Under the pieces are notes generated by a model. It was not told the DNA's origin, made no database searches, and worked only from the letters and a program-made list of their open reading frames with translations. Shown here one piece after another: positions 45,637-48,202 of a DNA stretch of 48,202 nucleotides. Origin of the DNA: Ginkgo biloba (taxonomy: Eukaryota; Plantae; Ginkgophyta); contig JANKJI020000002.1 of assembly GCA_024626585.2 (NCBI GenBank), positions 175,750,246 through 175,798,447 on the forward strand. The letters run 5' to 3'. The stretch's first letter is position 1, and each line of letters begins with the position of its first letter. The translations under genes and the position numbers were made by a program.

Positions 45637-48202
45637 NNNNNNNNNNNNNNNNNNNNNNNNNNNNNNNNNNNNNNNNNNNNNNNNNNNNNNNNNNNNNNNN
45701 NNNNNNNNNNNNNNNNNNNNNNNNNNNNNNNNNNNCATAATATGTATATCCTATTCAATATATGTATAATGTGTTAAAATGCCAATGTGTATATTAATAG
45801 CTACAATCTTGATAAAAATAGCTAATGCATTCTATTGAGTCATTACCAAATTAATTAAGAAAAATTTTATATATGAAAAAATCTTAGAGTGCAGAGATAA
45901 AAGCATTTTGTTGGAGCAGATGTTGAATGATTACACTTTAACTAGATGACATNNNNNNNNNNNNNNNNNNNNNNNNNNNNNNNTTAATATACGATAATAG
46001 AGCTAGGTAAAATGAAAGAATTGAGGCGTCAAACATATGAATCAAAAATATCATCATAGAAACCACTGTATAACTAGAGATGAATGCAAAGTAAAACTTA
46101 TTACTATTATATTAATATTCTTCAAAGAACTCTCCCACTATTGGGGCAATTACAATGGTATTACTTGATTGAAACCTCTAAAAATCCAACAGAAAAATAA
46201 GTCTAAAACTAATCGTGAAAAAATCCTTGAACTTTNNNNNNNNNNAAATTATTTTCCCTTTTATAGATGTCCTCCTATGGAGCCACAAGTAACTATTAGT
46301 AATCCTTTTTTATCCTTGGTGATAACTTCCTCATATGCTAGTTAACTCTCAAGAACTTAGAGAATAAATGAGAGGATTATAAGAAGCATTTACTTTCACA
46401 AAATTCTAGTGGGCTTGCATAGTGAGAGAGAGGTTTTTCTCTTAGTGTATTTATTCCTAGGAGTACTTTGAGGTGTTATATTTTTGTTGGGAGGTTGCAG
46501 GTGGGACCTAAATACATTCCATATCATCACTTTAACTGGGAGGTGATCCTTGAGTAGTTTGAGGCAACACTAGGGGTATAGGAAAGCTAGGAGGAGTATC
46601 TAGTGAGAAGGTCAAGGAGATGTAACGAACCAAATTGTCTAGATCACAAGTGGGGATAAGACTATTGTGTGGCACATCTCTCCTAAGAGAATTTTGAGAA
46701 GGTAGGATCTTCGAGCCTTGTTCTGTTTTAAATTCTTATCTTGGGAACCCATGAGGCTGCATCTTTGTTTACTCGATGGAAGGCTCCAGGATGCTCTCAC
46801 TCCTTATGGGATGCTAATATTTCTACTTCATCTAAGATCCCCTCCACCTTTATTTTTGCGATGACTTTGGGAACTTTCTCATGGTTTCTCGATGGGACAT
46901 TGCTTCAAATATCTGTGACTTTACCTACTGCAATTACCTATAGATCATATTCTTTTACATTTACAGGAGACAAGGGGACATGCCCCTAGGATGGGATGAG
47001 GTTCCCTGCTATGTTTTATCTCATACTAAAATCAACTTGGATCATATCCTAGGCTAGGAGTTTCAAGGATCAAATGGAGGGAACTANNNNNNNNNNNNNN
47101 NNNNNNNNNNNNNNNNNNNNNNNNNNNNNNNNNNNNNNNNNNNNNNNNNNNNNNNNNNNNNNNNNNNNNNNNNNNNNNNNNNNNNNTAACCTATCCATTG
47201 GACATTATGTCCAATTGGAGTAGTCCTTCGTCTGGGATAAATGACCTCTCACAAGGGGCATAATGATATATTATCACCATTTTGATAGGAAATGAAAAAA
47301 TAATAAGCACAGAATAAGAAATTATACACCAAAAAAAAACCAGTGCAGGCTTCAAAATAACCTCACACACCACAAAATAAATTGATTTTTATTAATTTTG
47401 ATTGCTAATTATCCTAAAAATAGGGTTATATCCTTCTCTCCATGTGATTAATGAATAAAGAATGAATTAGCACTTTTTAATACATAATTTTCCCATAGTT
47501 TAAAAACATAGGTTCTCCATTTATTATTATTATTATTTTAATTTCATGACTGTGTTGTAGCCGTTGTGCTCCCGATTTAGAATTATTATGAATTTTCTTG
47601 ATTTGGATCAAATTCCAATGGTGTGCATAGAATATTTGGCATCCTATATCCATCCTTTATGTCTACAGGCTTAGGAATACATCTCTCGATGTCTTATTAG
47701 GCATAAAAAATAAAATTATAAGAGACTCATAGGTTTCTCACTACAACCATTCCCATTAGACCCTTGACGATCATTCAAATTCACTTCCAATCCCATCTAT
47801 GGTGACACCTGATAGTAGTATCTCCACTAGAAAAATAATACACTCACAAATATACATATGCTCCACATCCTTTCCACCTAAAGACTCCAGTCCCATTTGA
47901 TCTCCTAAGCAATTCTTGGTATATTATTTGTAACCACATTCTCCATCAATTTTAACCTATGAACTCGATTCTCAATGGACACCACAACACTTAATCTATC
48001 ATTTCTTCCTAATAGTCAAATAAATACCTACTCCTACATCGTATCTCTTTTCAATTTCATCGATGGTCTCTTTAGTAAACAATAAAATGGTCTTGCATGC
48101 ACATCTATTCTCTGACTCTCAAGTTTTCATAATCGTCCAATGATTATCAAAAAATTCTAAGAGTACTACTCATAATTTATTTTTCACCAAGTTAACAACT
48201 CA

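Noticed and set aside
46250-48202. Possible decayed LINE ORF1/ORF2 on the minus strand
   Set aside because: Only vague resemblance; no diagnostic motif.

Overview
AT-rich, CpG-depleted eukaryotic nuclear DNA from a gapped draft assembly of a land plant, most likely a gymnosperm (inferred from the PLS-PPR N-terminus style, the 18S fragment variant and heavy C->T decay of old retroelements). The only intact protein-coding gene is an intronless PLS-class PPR-DYW (C-to-U organellar RNA-editing factor) at ~24029-26200 (+). It lies downstream of an ancient ~1.5 kb tandem duplication, one copy of which is interrupted by a LINE-like insertion with a 9-bp TSD. The rest is mostly decayed transposable elements: three Ty1/copia fragments, a minus-strand Ty3/gypsy gag-protease remnant, a multi-copy family of apparently gag+protease-only LTR elements, two copies of an L1-like LINE 3' end, and a tRNA-derived SINE with TSD. 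Also present are an intron-containing cytokinin dehydrogenase (CKX) pseudogene fragment, a decayed 18S rDNA fragment, two degenerate minisatellite arrays and a CpG-retaining island with a G-box/ABRE hairpin. I see no convincing evidence of a wholly new biological system. The best candidates for undescribed elements are the SINE, the gag-PR-only LTR family, the CKX fragment and the hairpin island. All calls come from manual reading; no database searches were run.
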